A stretch of DNA of 64,000 nucleotides. Source: Tricharina praecox (lineage: Eukaryota). The notes below the pieces were generated by a model, which saw only the letters and a program-made list of their open reading frames with translations, searched no databases and had not been told where the DNA came from. The stretch is taken from assembly GCF_024521635.1 (NCBI RefSeq), contig NW_026250411.1:806001-870000 (forward strand), read 5' to 3'. The position numbers and the translations under genes are program-made. Numbering within the stretch: position 1 is the stretch's first letter; the number at the start of each line of letters is the position of its first letter. Shown piece after piece: positions 23,550-34,153 of this stretch.

Positions 23550-24275
23550 GAGGTGGTGTTTCGTGATGTTTTTTGGCTGAATAATCACGTGCCACGAATA
23601 ATAAATACGGATTTTGACGAGGATGATTCAGTTGGATCAGCGACAATTCACGGTAAGCCTCACATCAGCAAGGGTGCGCCCTGCTCACATTTTACTGCGC
23701 TGTACTGATAGGTAATGACGAGTACTGACCGGTACCGCTGGCTTTCTGCTGTTAGACAACCGTACTGTCTGGTACCGGACACACAGTACTTAGGGACTAT
23801 CGCCGCGTGTTACTTGCGGCGGAGACTGTCAGCAGAAATGTGAATAGTATGATACTGAGGTAACGCTCAGTATTGCTCTGTACCGACTGGTACCGCTATC
23901 GCCGCATCGCCGGGAGTAATACTGACCAGTACTACATGCGGCCGGGGCGGGCAGGAAACTGGAGGTGGTACAGGTCCGTAACCTTCAGTACTGCTCTGTA
24001 CCGAGTGGTACAATCATTGTCCACACCCTCTGCAAATGCAATACGTCGCCGGGAACTCCTGTTCGGCTCCAGATGCGGTCGACCTACTCCTTTTTTTTTG
24101 GTTCATCAGTAATTGCTTGCGACATACCTATGTAGATCATGGTAACATATGACACACTCCGGTTCCATGCCACTGCCGAACCATATTATCAACATGCTTT
24201 TTTTCGGTTCATTCTGTTGGAGTATGAGCCGTCCGGAAGCGGTCTATGACCGCCCAGCTATGCTGAGGGACCAGA

Positions 24276-24445
24276 GCAATGTTGGCAGTCTACAGCAATG
24301 TTGGCAGTCTACAGCAATGTTGGCAGTCTACAGCAACGTTGGCAGTCTACAGCAATGTTGGCAGTCTACAGCAATGTTGGCAGTCTACAGCAATGTTGGC
24401 AGACAGCTGCAATGTTGGCAGATGGCGGCGGCAATGTGGGCAGAG
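24276..24445. repeat. 19-bp minisatellite GCAATGTTGGCAGTCTACA: 6 full copies + 3 degenerate
   Basis: Full units start at 24276, 24295, 24314, 24333, 24352, 24371; decaying units at 24390, 24409, 24431. Confidence 0.95.
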
Positions 24446-25050
24446 AAAGCATGAGCGAGTTCAGTCGTCTGCACGCTGTGGGAGGGTCCGAAATTCTGTA
24501 TATATAGAGGACCCCCGGTCCGGCGAGACTGGAATACAAGACAACAATCAGCGATTACATCTTCTACTTCTAACACATTCATTGATTGTATGCGACCTAT
24601 CTAGATCATGGCAATATCATATACCCGTGCACCCCCCCGTTTCCACGCCACTGTTCAACCCAACTTTCATCAGGCGGTCCGATGTGGCTTTTCACTGCCC
24701 TCCGCCATGGCTTTTACCGCCAAAATGTGGGCGCTCCACGCAGAGGCAGAGCGAGGAAGAGGCAACGTCCGTCTCCTCGCCAATTATACCCATAATTCCC
24801 TTTGCTAGGTGAGCAGAGCGAGTGATATACTATGATTAGCCGTAATCCGACGATGCTTCACGCTAGCGCGGGAGGTATCCCAATCTCGCAAGACTGAATG
24901 GCTTCAATCTCTCCAGCAGCTGCCAGCCGCCATTACTCTGACCACAGACCTCATTTTTCTCTGCCTCACCAAACCACTGCTTCCTTCTTCCCTTTCCTTT
25001 CCTTCCTTCCTTTCCCACCATCCATCCAATACCTCCTCACACAAGCGTTC

Positions 25051-25066
25051 AACCACAACCACAACC

Positions 25067-25120
<54 letters not shown>

Positions 25121-25217
25121 GCAACAACAACAACAACAACAACAACAGCAACAACAACAACAGCAACAACAACAACAGCAACAACAACAACAGCAACAAC
25201 AACAACAGCAACAACAA
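25051..25217 (+). repeat. (AAC)n microsatellite with AGC/CAC interruptions, abutting the ATG of paralog 4
   Basis: About 55 triplets; the later part shows a higher-order (AAC)4AGC unit. Confidence 0.97.
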
Positions 25218-25219
25218 TC

Positions 25220-25828
25220 ATGTCGCCGAAGCAACCCACCAAGTTCGCACCCTTCTCGCTGCCCAAGCTTTTACGGCCCTCGGGCATTCTCAAGAAGACT
25301 CAGCCAAAGAAGTCTCCCGCCACCACCACCACAAAGACCACCACCAAGACCACCACCACCACCGCCCAGACCACCGCCCAGACCACCACCGCCACCACTA
25401 CCACCTTGGTCACCACCGCCACCGACCCGCCCTCCCCGCTCCCCGAGCGCCCGCAGCCCCCCACGGCGGAGTCAATGCTTGCGCAACGCATTCGCGAGTC
25501 GCTAGTGGACGACCACTCGATCGACCAGCGTATCAGCGTCGATGAGAACGAGCAGCTGCTGGACGAGCTCACGGAGCGCCAGCAGCAGATACGCTGGGCG
25601 ATCGAGTGGTGCATCGGCCTGGAGAACAGGTACGACGTTCCCAACGGGGACAGAATTTACCGTCCGCGTCCGCTCAAGAGGGGGAGGGGTTATTCCCCCA
25701 GCAAGGCCGCCAGGATCATTATGGTGAAGATGTGGGAGAGGGAGGAGGAGGAGGAAGAGATCTTCCTGTTTTATTTCGCATGCAGCCCATCTAAAGTTCG
25801 TGGGTGGATTAGAGGGATAGCAAATTGA
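25220..25828 (+). CDS. Orphan array paralog 4, 202 aa, with a replaced C-terminus
   Basis: Open ORF: TKFAPFSLPKLLRPSGILKK, Thr-rich linker, RPQPPTAES..ESLVDDHSIDQRISVDENEQL..QIRWAIEWC..DRIYRPRPLKRG. The ancestral SWVD* (25798-25812) is now out of frame. Confidence 0.75.
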   Translation: MSPKQPTKFAPFSLPKLLRPSGILKKTQPKKSPATTTTKTTTKTTTTTAQTTAQTTTATTTTLVTTATDPPSPLPERPQPPTAESMLAQRIRESLVDDHSIDQRISVDENEQLLDELTERQQQIRWAIEWCIGLENRYDVPNGDRIYRPRPLKRGRGYSPSKAARIIMVKMWEREEEEEEIFLFYFACSPSKVRGWIRGIAN

Positions 25829-26052
25829 AGATTAAATCGAGCGAATCATGACTTGTGATCTACCGTGGTGGATGTAACGAACCCGAGCATACATTGTGCA
25901 AGTACATAATCCATGGTCTCCGTAGTCGCCGCGGGCTCTACTATACTAGTATACCTACCTACGCATCGTCCGCCGTGACCGTCCGCTGCGATACCTTCTG
26001 GTAAGCTACCAAGTTCCGATAAACAGGACGACAGGCGATAGCTTCTATGGAA

Positions 26053-26541
26053 CTACAGTATACGGTGCCGTAGTACCTGTAGCGAACAGAGTAACGGAAC
26101 GAGTAACACACCGACTTCCAACCACACCCTAAGCCTTTGGAGCCGAGCTCTGAGCCTGGCATTTTCCCTCTCGAGCGCGACGATGCGCAGTCCCCGCACC
26201 TCTATTATGCCGTTCAGGAAGTCCTCCCACTCCTCCTCGGAATACTGGGAATCATCGGGTGCTACCCCATCCTCCGCCTCCTCCTCCGCCTCCTCCTCCT
26301 CCTCCTCATCCTCCTCCTCCTCCCTAGACGCCAGCCCGCTTTGCTGCGTGGATGCCTCACCGTGACGTTCCGCCTCCTCCTCCGTCCCCGGCTCCTGCTC
26401 GTCGCCACCGTCCTCGGAGTCAACTGACTCTACCGTCGGCTGTCGCCGTGCAACTTTGCGCGACGATGACGACGACCGGTACGGGACGCTGCGCTTCTTC
26501 TTCTTTTCCCCAAGCGACGTCCGGGTCGAGGCGGGTGACAT
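26053..26541 (-). CDS. Hypothetical 162-aa protein: basic N-terminus, acidic middle, short coiled coil, hydrophobic C-terminal segment
   Basis: ATG-initiated ORF with TATATAAAG on the minus strand at 26690-26682, about 140 nt upstream. LERENARLRARLQRL heptads. Confidence 0.55.
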   Translation of the reverse strand: MSPASTRTSLGEKKKKRSVPYRSSSSSRKVARRQPTVESVDSEDGGDEQEPGTEEEAERHGEASTQQSGLASREEEEDEEEEEEAEEEAEDGVAPDDSQYSEEEWEDFLNGIIEVRGLRIVALERENARLRARLQRLRVWLEVGVLLVPLLCSLQVLRHRIL

Positions 26542-27049
26542 TCCGAGCGCTGTTATGTGTGCTGGAAAGGCTGGGAAGCCTGGGAAGCTTAGAAAGGCGT
26601 GAGGAGATGTGGGGGGATGTGGGCTCAGGGATGCAAAGTAGTTGGTGGAGGGTTGCTGTCAGAGTGGGGGAAGTGCGGTTTCTTTATATACGCACATAGG
26701 TGCGGTGCCCACATAGCTAAATAAGCACCTTTTTTCGTAGAGGGCTGCTGGTCGCGGGGATTCATGGCTTATCCACAGCTTTCTAGACAGCGCAGCTACA
26801 GCTACACAATCACCGGCCTGCGAAGGACTTGACCACCGCGCACTTGGACTCGGAAATGATCTACCAGGCACCTCCTCATACCAATGAAGCCATCCTGCTA
26901 CGAGTAACCGGTTTCATGAATGTGTGTACGCCACCGCGCAAGTTGGCCGTCACGTAGATAAACTTCACAGCTCGTCCACGTGGAGGCCAGTCGGAGAGGC
27001 TTGGATGACATTCTGTGGATATCGAAAAACTAGTGGCAGCCGGACAATC

Positions 27050-30000
27050 CATACAGGGCGTAAAGAGACGCTCTAGCAGACTAGCACTCTGTAATAGTAG
27101 GGTAGCACGTTATAGTGAGGGAGGGGGAGGACGGAGACATCAGTACTTTGGGCTCGCAAGTAGTTTCTATTATCCATGTTTCGCGGCTTTCGAAGATGTT
27201 GTCAAACCATCCGAGATAATCATAACTTTCATCCTCCTCGATTCCACATCTCCAACCCTTCGACATACTCCCTTCCAAGGTGTATCCATATCCTTCATCC
27301 TTCCATCTTGTCGTTTGGGCGGTGCGGAAGTTCGGAGATCGTACGAAGAGAAGATGCGGTAGAGGGAGAGAGAGTTGCAGAACAGGAGTCTCGACTCTCA
27401 ATATTGTATTGGCTATCTGACTTGATGAAGATACGAAAGAACAGGCAACATGAGCGGTTTATAGAATAAAACAGGAGATACAGAGGCATACAGTCCCCCG
27501 ACATCTGTCTTCCATCCTTGAACTATGTCGTTCTACATTATGCGTCATGCCTTTGGGTTCGCCCGGCTGTGTTGACGCATATACATAGTAGGTAGTTCTT
27601 CACATCTCTTAACCAGATACCTTCCACCTCCCGCATGTACAAAAGTGCAATGATTGCCAGTGTCGAGGCGTGCTCGGAATAACGGCCACTCAATCGGTTG
27701 AACCCCGTTTCTTTTTGCCCGATGATCCATCGGTTTCGTGCGTGGGCCCGTGGGGCTTCCCATCTTTTCTGACCATTTGCGGTGTGCTCCTTTAGGTAGT
27801 GGACGCTCTTGTTGCCCACGCCTATATATCCAGACCCAAAAATGAAAGGGAAGGAGCTATGTAAAGAACAGAGCAAGATGGATTGGATTGGTGATCGTGT
27901 ATATATGCAGATGGAATGACGGCAAGAAAGGAAAGAGAAGTAGGTACCTAAGCTCTTGAGTGCTACTCCATTACTATGTGGCGACTTCCTGAGGTGTGAG
28001 GAGGCCAAGCTCCCGGGGGCACGAGCCAAGGCGCGAAGGCACGTGGGATCTGCGGAAATGGGTTGACGAACCGTCGAGGTGATGAAAAGGGTTGCGAGAA
28101 AACATGAGGGAGATGAAGAAGGTTTGAAAGAAGCTTGAAGAATTGACAGAAAGGTTCAATTCGGGTTATCAGACAAGAAGAACAATAAGAAGATGATGAA
28201 GAGGGGAAAGAAGAGCTCTCCTCCCTAAGCTCTCGGCTTGGACGTCCGCCAAGGCGCCAAGGCGTCCAGCCCTGACAGCCGAGTGTCAAGGAGCGAAGCT
28301 CACGCACCGGGTGTCTAGATAATGTTTGGAGACTGGCTTACTGCGCAGGATGCTAGAAATGGGGCGAGAGACTCGTGAAGGAGGCCGAAGCTGAAGTTTG
28401 ATGGGTAAGTTGCTGGTGAGGTTCTATTCTTGCTACAAGGTTCTGTTCTAAAGGGAAGCCTTCTCGTCTTCTCCCGAAACCGTCTTGGCAACCATGACAG
28501 GTCCCCCGCCTCCGAAAGCTCGGACCCCGAGCTAATTCGCTCACTTTGGCCATCATCTGACAAAAGACACATTCCGCCATCGTACAGGTATTTTAAACAT
28601 TTCCTCGTGCTCTTCCGCCTTCGACGCTTGCCACCTCGATCGTCTGCTCTCCGTCTTCCTTCACTTGCCAAGACGTCGCCTTTCCGTGCGACGCCCCCGC
28701 GGAAGACCGGAGAACTCCCGGGATTGCTGAGTGACCCGTGAAGACTCGGAACGGTGAGCCGCCGAGGTGCTGTCGGAGTCGGCCCACGGCCCACGCTTGA
28801 CACTTCCCGGCCTTGGCGCACGTGATCTGGCTTCTTGCCTTGTCGGTAGGCCTGATAGGTTCATCGATGATAGAGCTGAAACTTCGAATGATGCGGCTCT
28901 GTCAGTAGGTTGATCAACAACCCTCGTAAAGAAAACAGCTCCTTTTCAATTGTGAAGGCGGCTTGCTTGTCACTGGGACTCGAAGAGCAGGCCGCAAAGG
29001 TTTGCTGACACACCGTGTGAAGCGACGGATCCACCCCTTGCAAACACACGGATACAGTCTGCGTTATATTGCCCAGCCTATCTGGAGATCGCGTTGTAAG
29101 GCACCCAACCGGCCGCGACCAACATCTGGGTGAGGGCGAGTGCTACCAAGGGGCCGGACAGTGATAGGCGGTTTTGGTACACCTAGCGTTGTGCAAGGCT
29201 ACCGCTAGCGGCCACAGGCATTCCGTCGAGGGGCCATCGGAACGGGCTTCGTTGCTCGGGCGTAAGGGAAGTTTCTGCCTCGCATCCATTAGGAACTGTT
29301 GAAATATACGGGTAGACAGATGATGATATTCTATTTGATACAGAAGAAAAACCTATCGTCTGCGGCGAAGGCCTCTATTTAATAATGAGAGGCCACCTAA
29401 GGTTGGCCGCCGAACAAAGTTGGCCGCTCATCAGAGTTCGCCGGACCCGCTCATCAGAGTTTGCCGCCGCGTAACCATATGCTCGTCGATGGTCCATCGT
29501 GGCCGTCAAGACTTTTCCACCGCCGAACCGTCTTTAGATCCTGCAAAGGTGTGATATGCTGAGCGTAGTAGAGCAGAAGGTGACGGTTCCAAGGCCAATG
29601 AAGTATTCGAGCTGGGAGAGCGTGGCTGGGAACGGTATTCCAGCGACTGCGCCGCCTATTGCTTCCGTGGTCGTCAGTCCGAGTCTGTCGACGAGGTAAC
29701 CAAGCCGTCAGGGAACAGAGCTCACGGGCCGAGTAGATAAGGTTTGGAATAGGCTTACTGCACTGGAAAAGCTAGAGGTTTGTCTGGCAGTCGCAACCAG
29801 AACCTCCCTGGTTGCTGCTGCTGCCTCAGGGATTACTGGTGCACGCGGGACAGTCTTTCATGTCTTTCGTGCGGCCTGGCCGGAGTCCCGCTCACCTTTC
29901 TGTGAGTTGGGCGAAGGTCCGCGTCTGCATCTAGACGTATCGTGCCTGCCCCCACATATGGAGCACTTATCCTCCTTCACGAAGTTTGCCAAGTAGGTGT

Positions 30001-30180
30001 TCGACTCGTTGTGAACCTGCTTCCAGAACTCGTCTTCGTCTGATGTCAGGGTGATCCTGGATCGCAAGGCGGTTGGCTCGATAGCATTGCGGATCTCACT
30101 GCACATCAGATTCCATGATGTGAAACCAGACCGTCTGGCCAGTGTCCTAGATTTGCTCTTGAAAGCGAGATTTGCCAATT
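27050..30180 (-). mobile_element. Highly degenerate Ty3/gypsy-like LTR retrotransposon internal region (gag-PR-RT-IN order); LTRs not found
   Basis: Minus strand, in order: Zn knuckle CSICGGRHDTSRC (29965-29927); protease-like LIYSARE..LVDRLGL (~29742-29675; cf. LIDSGA..LVxRLGL); RT-like DKQAAFTIEKELFSLRGLLINL..P..FQ (~28975-28878; cf. DKxKTAFxTxxGLFEF..APxxFQ); integrase-Zn-like IWLRDVKNYLLC (~27620-27582). Confidence 0.55.
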
Positions 30181-31878
30181 GTAGAAAATAGCAGAAACAC
30201 AACAGTAAACTTGGAAAACGTACGGTCACGACACAGAAATCGAAACGAGAAGAGAACGGCGAGCCCCCTTAGATAAGAGTGAGCGGCGAAAACGCAACGT
30301 TTGGCCGCCCGCATCAGGTTGGCTCGACGACGATGTCAACAAACAGAAACAATCACTACAAAACCAATTGGTCTCAACAGGTCTGGGAAGGTCTAGCCTC
30401 AAAAACAGAGAAGTCCACCCAGGTCTGCCCAAGTCTAGTCGTGTCCAACCAAGCACCAGTCATGTCCCACCAAGCACCAGTCGTGTCCCACAATCTTGGC
30501 GAGCCGCCCCATGCCGTCAGAAACTGGTCTCACTCGGGTCACACCGTCGATCAGGCTGGACACAGCCCTCCGCCGCACCCCGCGCGTGTCAAGTCATGCT
30601 CGTCCCTTCAATTCCCTCGGTAGGTATCCGGGAGGAGAGCAAGGCTCAATGGGTAAGTAAGATGTATGGATTACCTAAAGTATAGGTATTCCAAGCCCTT
30701 CTGCTCATCGGATCCAATGCCGCGCGTCCGCACCAGTGCTGCTGCTCCCGCGCTGCTCACCGCAAGAATCGACCGATTATGCTATGCGAGTAGCTCTACA
30801 GTACAGCGATCCTATCGGCCCAGTGCCAACATCGTTCGCCCTCCTGAGTCCCTCCTGCTCCCTCCTGCTCCCTACCGCTGGGAATCGGCGGAACGTGTGG
30901 AACCACCACCACCACCACCACCACCACCAGCACCACCACCGCTACCATCGTCACACCGTGCTCGAAGTTCTAACGAGTGATCCTGCACACCCCACCCCCC
31001 CCCCCGCACGTCCCCCGCCCCCGCCACCCACCACCCGGGGTGCATTACCATTACAAAACGGAACAGAGTGTGTTCCCTCGAGATCATGTGGGTCTACTGT
31101 AACTCTATGCGGTAGTAGGAGCGTAAAATGCTAGAGCTCACTCGCCCATGTTTCCATGATTGAGTGACATATCATGATGGCCAGTGAGGGCCTTGTATGT
31201 AGCTCCTCCGATATCTCCATCTCTTTCATTACTACAGTAGCAAAAAGTAGGGTGCGATTGATACGGGGTGAATACTTACCCTCTAGCACTCCAGATGCTG
31301 CGTGCGTAATTGACTGACCGGACGGACGAAGAGGAAGATGCATTGATTGCATGCGACCCATATCTGGGTCATGGTAATACCGTATACACACACCGTTTCC
31401 TCGTCCACTTTCAAACCCGACCTCAATCCCCCCCGCAGCCCCCAGTCGCCCCTAAAAATTATTCGGAAGATTCTCACAATTGGTGGATGGAACTGCCTAT
31501 AGTAGTCGAGTGAGAGATCACGATTCACGTGTAGACCCTACAAAACACATTTCATATCGAATCGTCCCATTGAGGTAGGTAGGTCCCATTATGAAGTTCA
31601 GGAGTTTTGTTTGTTCCCAAATCTACTCCGAAATGAACCGGAAGACTATAATCAAGCCCCTATGTAATCAAGCCGAACTTGCAAAACCCGCAACAGAAAA
31701 AGAAGAAAAAAACCAAGCAGAGGTTAAGAAGATGAAGAGAAAAAAAAAGGAACCAGAAATAAACCACCACCACCACCACCACCACCATCTCCAGCACCAG
31801 CAGCACCAGCAGCACATGTCATCATCATCTCCATTTTTTATCCGGCATCCACGAATCCACGGGGGCAGCACATATTAA

Positions 31879-32710
31879 TTAATACACAACCGCCTTCTGC
31901 GCGGACTCGACCAACTTGACAGCATCATCGTAAGCCTCCTTGAAGCCCTCCTCAGGAGCGACCTCCTTGCCCTTCTTCCCGGCACCAGCCCCGGGCATGA
32001 CCATGACGACACTAGTGGGGCGCTTGGTGGCGCCGGCAGCACCGAGCTCGGCACGGCTGGAGACAAAGATGTAGGGGATTCCGTGGTCCTCGCAGAGCAC
32101 GGGGATGTGCGAGATGACGTCCATGGGCGAGATGTCGGCGGCAAGGACGACCAGCCCGTTCGACGGCGTTGACGTGCCTGCCGTCGCCGCGGGCGACTTG
32201 CGCAAAGCTTTTACTACCTCCTTCACGCCGCGCTTGAGACACTTGTTTTTCGCGCCTGAAAAAAACGTCAGCACGCACATAAAGCAACGAATTGACCCCG
32301 CATTCCTCCCCCGCATTCCTCCCCCAATCCACACATCCACCCACCACTCGCACGGGAGGGGATCACGTACCCTTCTTGACACACTTGAGCACCTTCTTCG
32401 TAGCCTTCTCATTGGCAAGAGGCTGCGCGAAGGGGACGATGAGCTCGTCGTGAATTTGCGGCACGGCACCGACGACATCGACGGACTCAGCGACGCCCCT
32501 GACCTCGACCGAGACCTCAGACTTCTTCTCGAGGGCGTCGAGCAGTGCGGACGCCGCGTCGGCAGTCACAGCCGCCGCCTTGCTGCTCTTCTTCTCCTTC
32601 TTCTCCTTCTTGTCCTTCTTGCTCACACGGTTGGAGCCGTCCGAGACTGGGTCCTCGAGTTTCGCGGACTTGTCCTTCTTCTCCTTCTTCTCCTTGCGCT
32701 CTTTGGCCAT
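31879..32710 (-). CDS. NHP2: H/ACA snoRNP subunit Nhp2 (L7Ae family); exons 32710-32371 and 32255-31879
   Basis: KE-rich N-terminal extension, PFAQPLA..KKVLKCVKKG|AKNKCLKRGVKEVVKALRK, LAADISPMDVISHIPVLCEDHGIPYIFV..ELGAAGATKRPTSVV. GTACGT..TCAG intron at 32370-32256. Confidence 0.96.
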
Positions 32711-34153
32711 TGCTGCGATTGTGTGTAAGTGTGTGTGGGTGGGTGAGTGGGCGGGTCGAGGGAAGAGTGCGGGTGGAAGGAGTCGCGAGTGCTTTTGGTT
32801 GGTTGGTTGGTGGACGAGCGGTGGTGGTGGGTTGACGTTGGGATCTGTCGCAAAAAACTTTCGACGCCTGCGGTCCGCTCTAGTTAGCTTTTTTTGCCAG
32901 GTCCGCGCTAGCGCGTGGCTTGGCCCGTCCCCAGTCCCCCAGTCCCCAGTCCCCAGTTGCGGCTCCGCCCTGGTGGGTGGCTCAGTCGCTGCTGCATCGA
33001 TTCGCACTCTTGCAAGCAACGTTGCGACAGAGCACATGCCTCTTAAGGGAAACTCCGGACCGCCCATTCGATATAGAGAGGATATGTACCGGTAACTTGG
33101 ATCCTTACCGTACTCACCGTACTTGAGCACTTGAGCACTTGCATAAGACAGTTCCCGACATCACCAAAGGTTTCATCACCAGCCCGCCACCCAGCCAGCC
33201 ATCCAGCCATCCAGCCCAGCGGCCCAGCCCATGCATCGAAACCACCCTGTACACGATGCAATGCAATCCCCCTAACTTTTCCGTGCCTGCAATTATTGAC
33301 GTGGCCGTTTCACGATGCGAAGCGAGACGGAGACGCAAATAATCATGTGAATCTCATATCACCTTGTAACTATGATGATGATGGACAATGAGACAGACAG
33401 AATCCCTTCTCTCGTGATGGTTGGTAGAGCAGTGGGGCATAGGTATGATATGTAGGTTACAAGCTTGATTATGTTGCCCAAGTACCCATAGTTGACTGAG
33501 GAATAACAACAGAGGTAAACGCAAAAAAACAAAGATAATACTCATGCCCGCATGGGCTTCTCATAGAAATATAAAAAACCCCAAGTTCCCAGTTTGCAGA
33601 GCCGAACCAAAAAGAGAAAGAAAAAACACAACCACGTGCGGGAACGACAGACCGAACAGATAAGACAGAAACACCACAACGAGGGCTGGCGCAGAACTCC
33701 GTTAAAAAAAAGAACAAAAAATAGCCCGTCAAAAACAAAAAACAAACCCCGTCCCAACGGTGATGATGATGCATGCCCCCATACTGATAAAATAAAAACA
33801 TGTGAAGAGTAAAAATATCATAAACGATTCCGATGATGAGGCGGGGGTATTCGTGATCGACATCTGCAAAGCAGCAAAGGTATCAAAATCAAAACACAGC
33901 CGACCGTCAGCATAAATGAGAGTACGAAAACAAACTCCGTAACGCGTGGAAAACAAAAACCCGCGTTTCGAGTACTTGTGTACTTGGTACCCTAAGCACC
34001 CAAGCCAACAAAGACCCCCCTCGTCCAACCCGCTCGGGGTACGTAAAGTAGATAATCGATAGAATCAAATGGGTGTGTAGAAGACAAGGATCGCTCCGAC
34101 AAAGGCAGCAGCCCTATGGGTCGAGGTCTGAGTGTGTTGACACGAGAAAGCGA

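Noticed and set aside
24276..24445. 19-bp repeat array as a CRISPR
   Set aside because: The units are directly adjacent with no unique spacers, the context is eukaryotic and there are no cas genes; it is a minisatellite.
24898..25545. Poly-Asn, poly-Leu, poly-Cys and poly-Val ORFs
   Set aside because: These are translations of the AAC microsatellite; the homologous gene starts at 25220.
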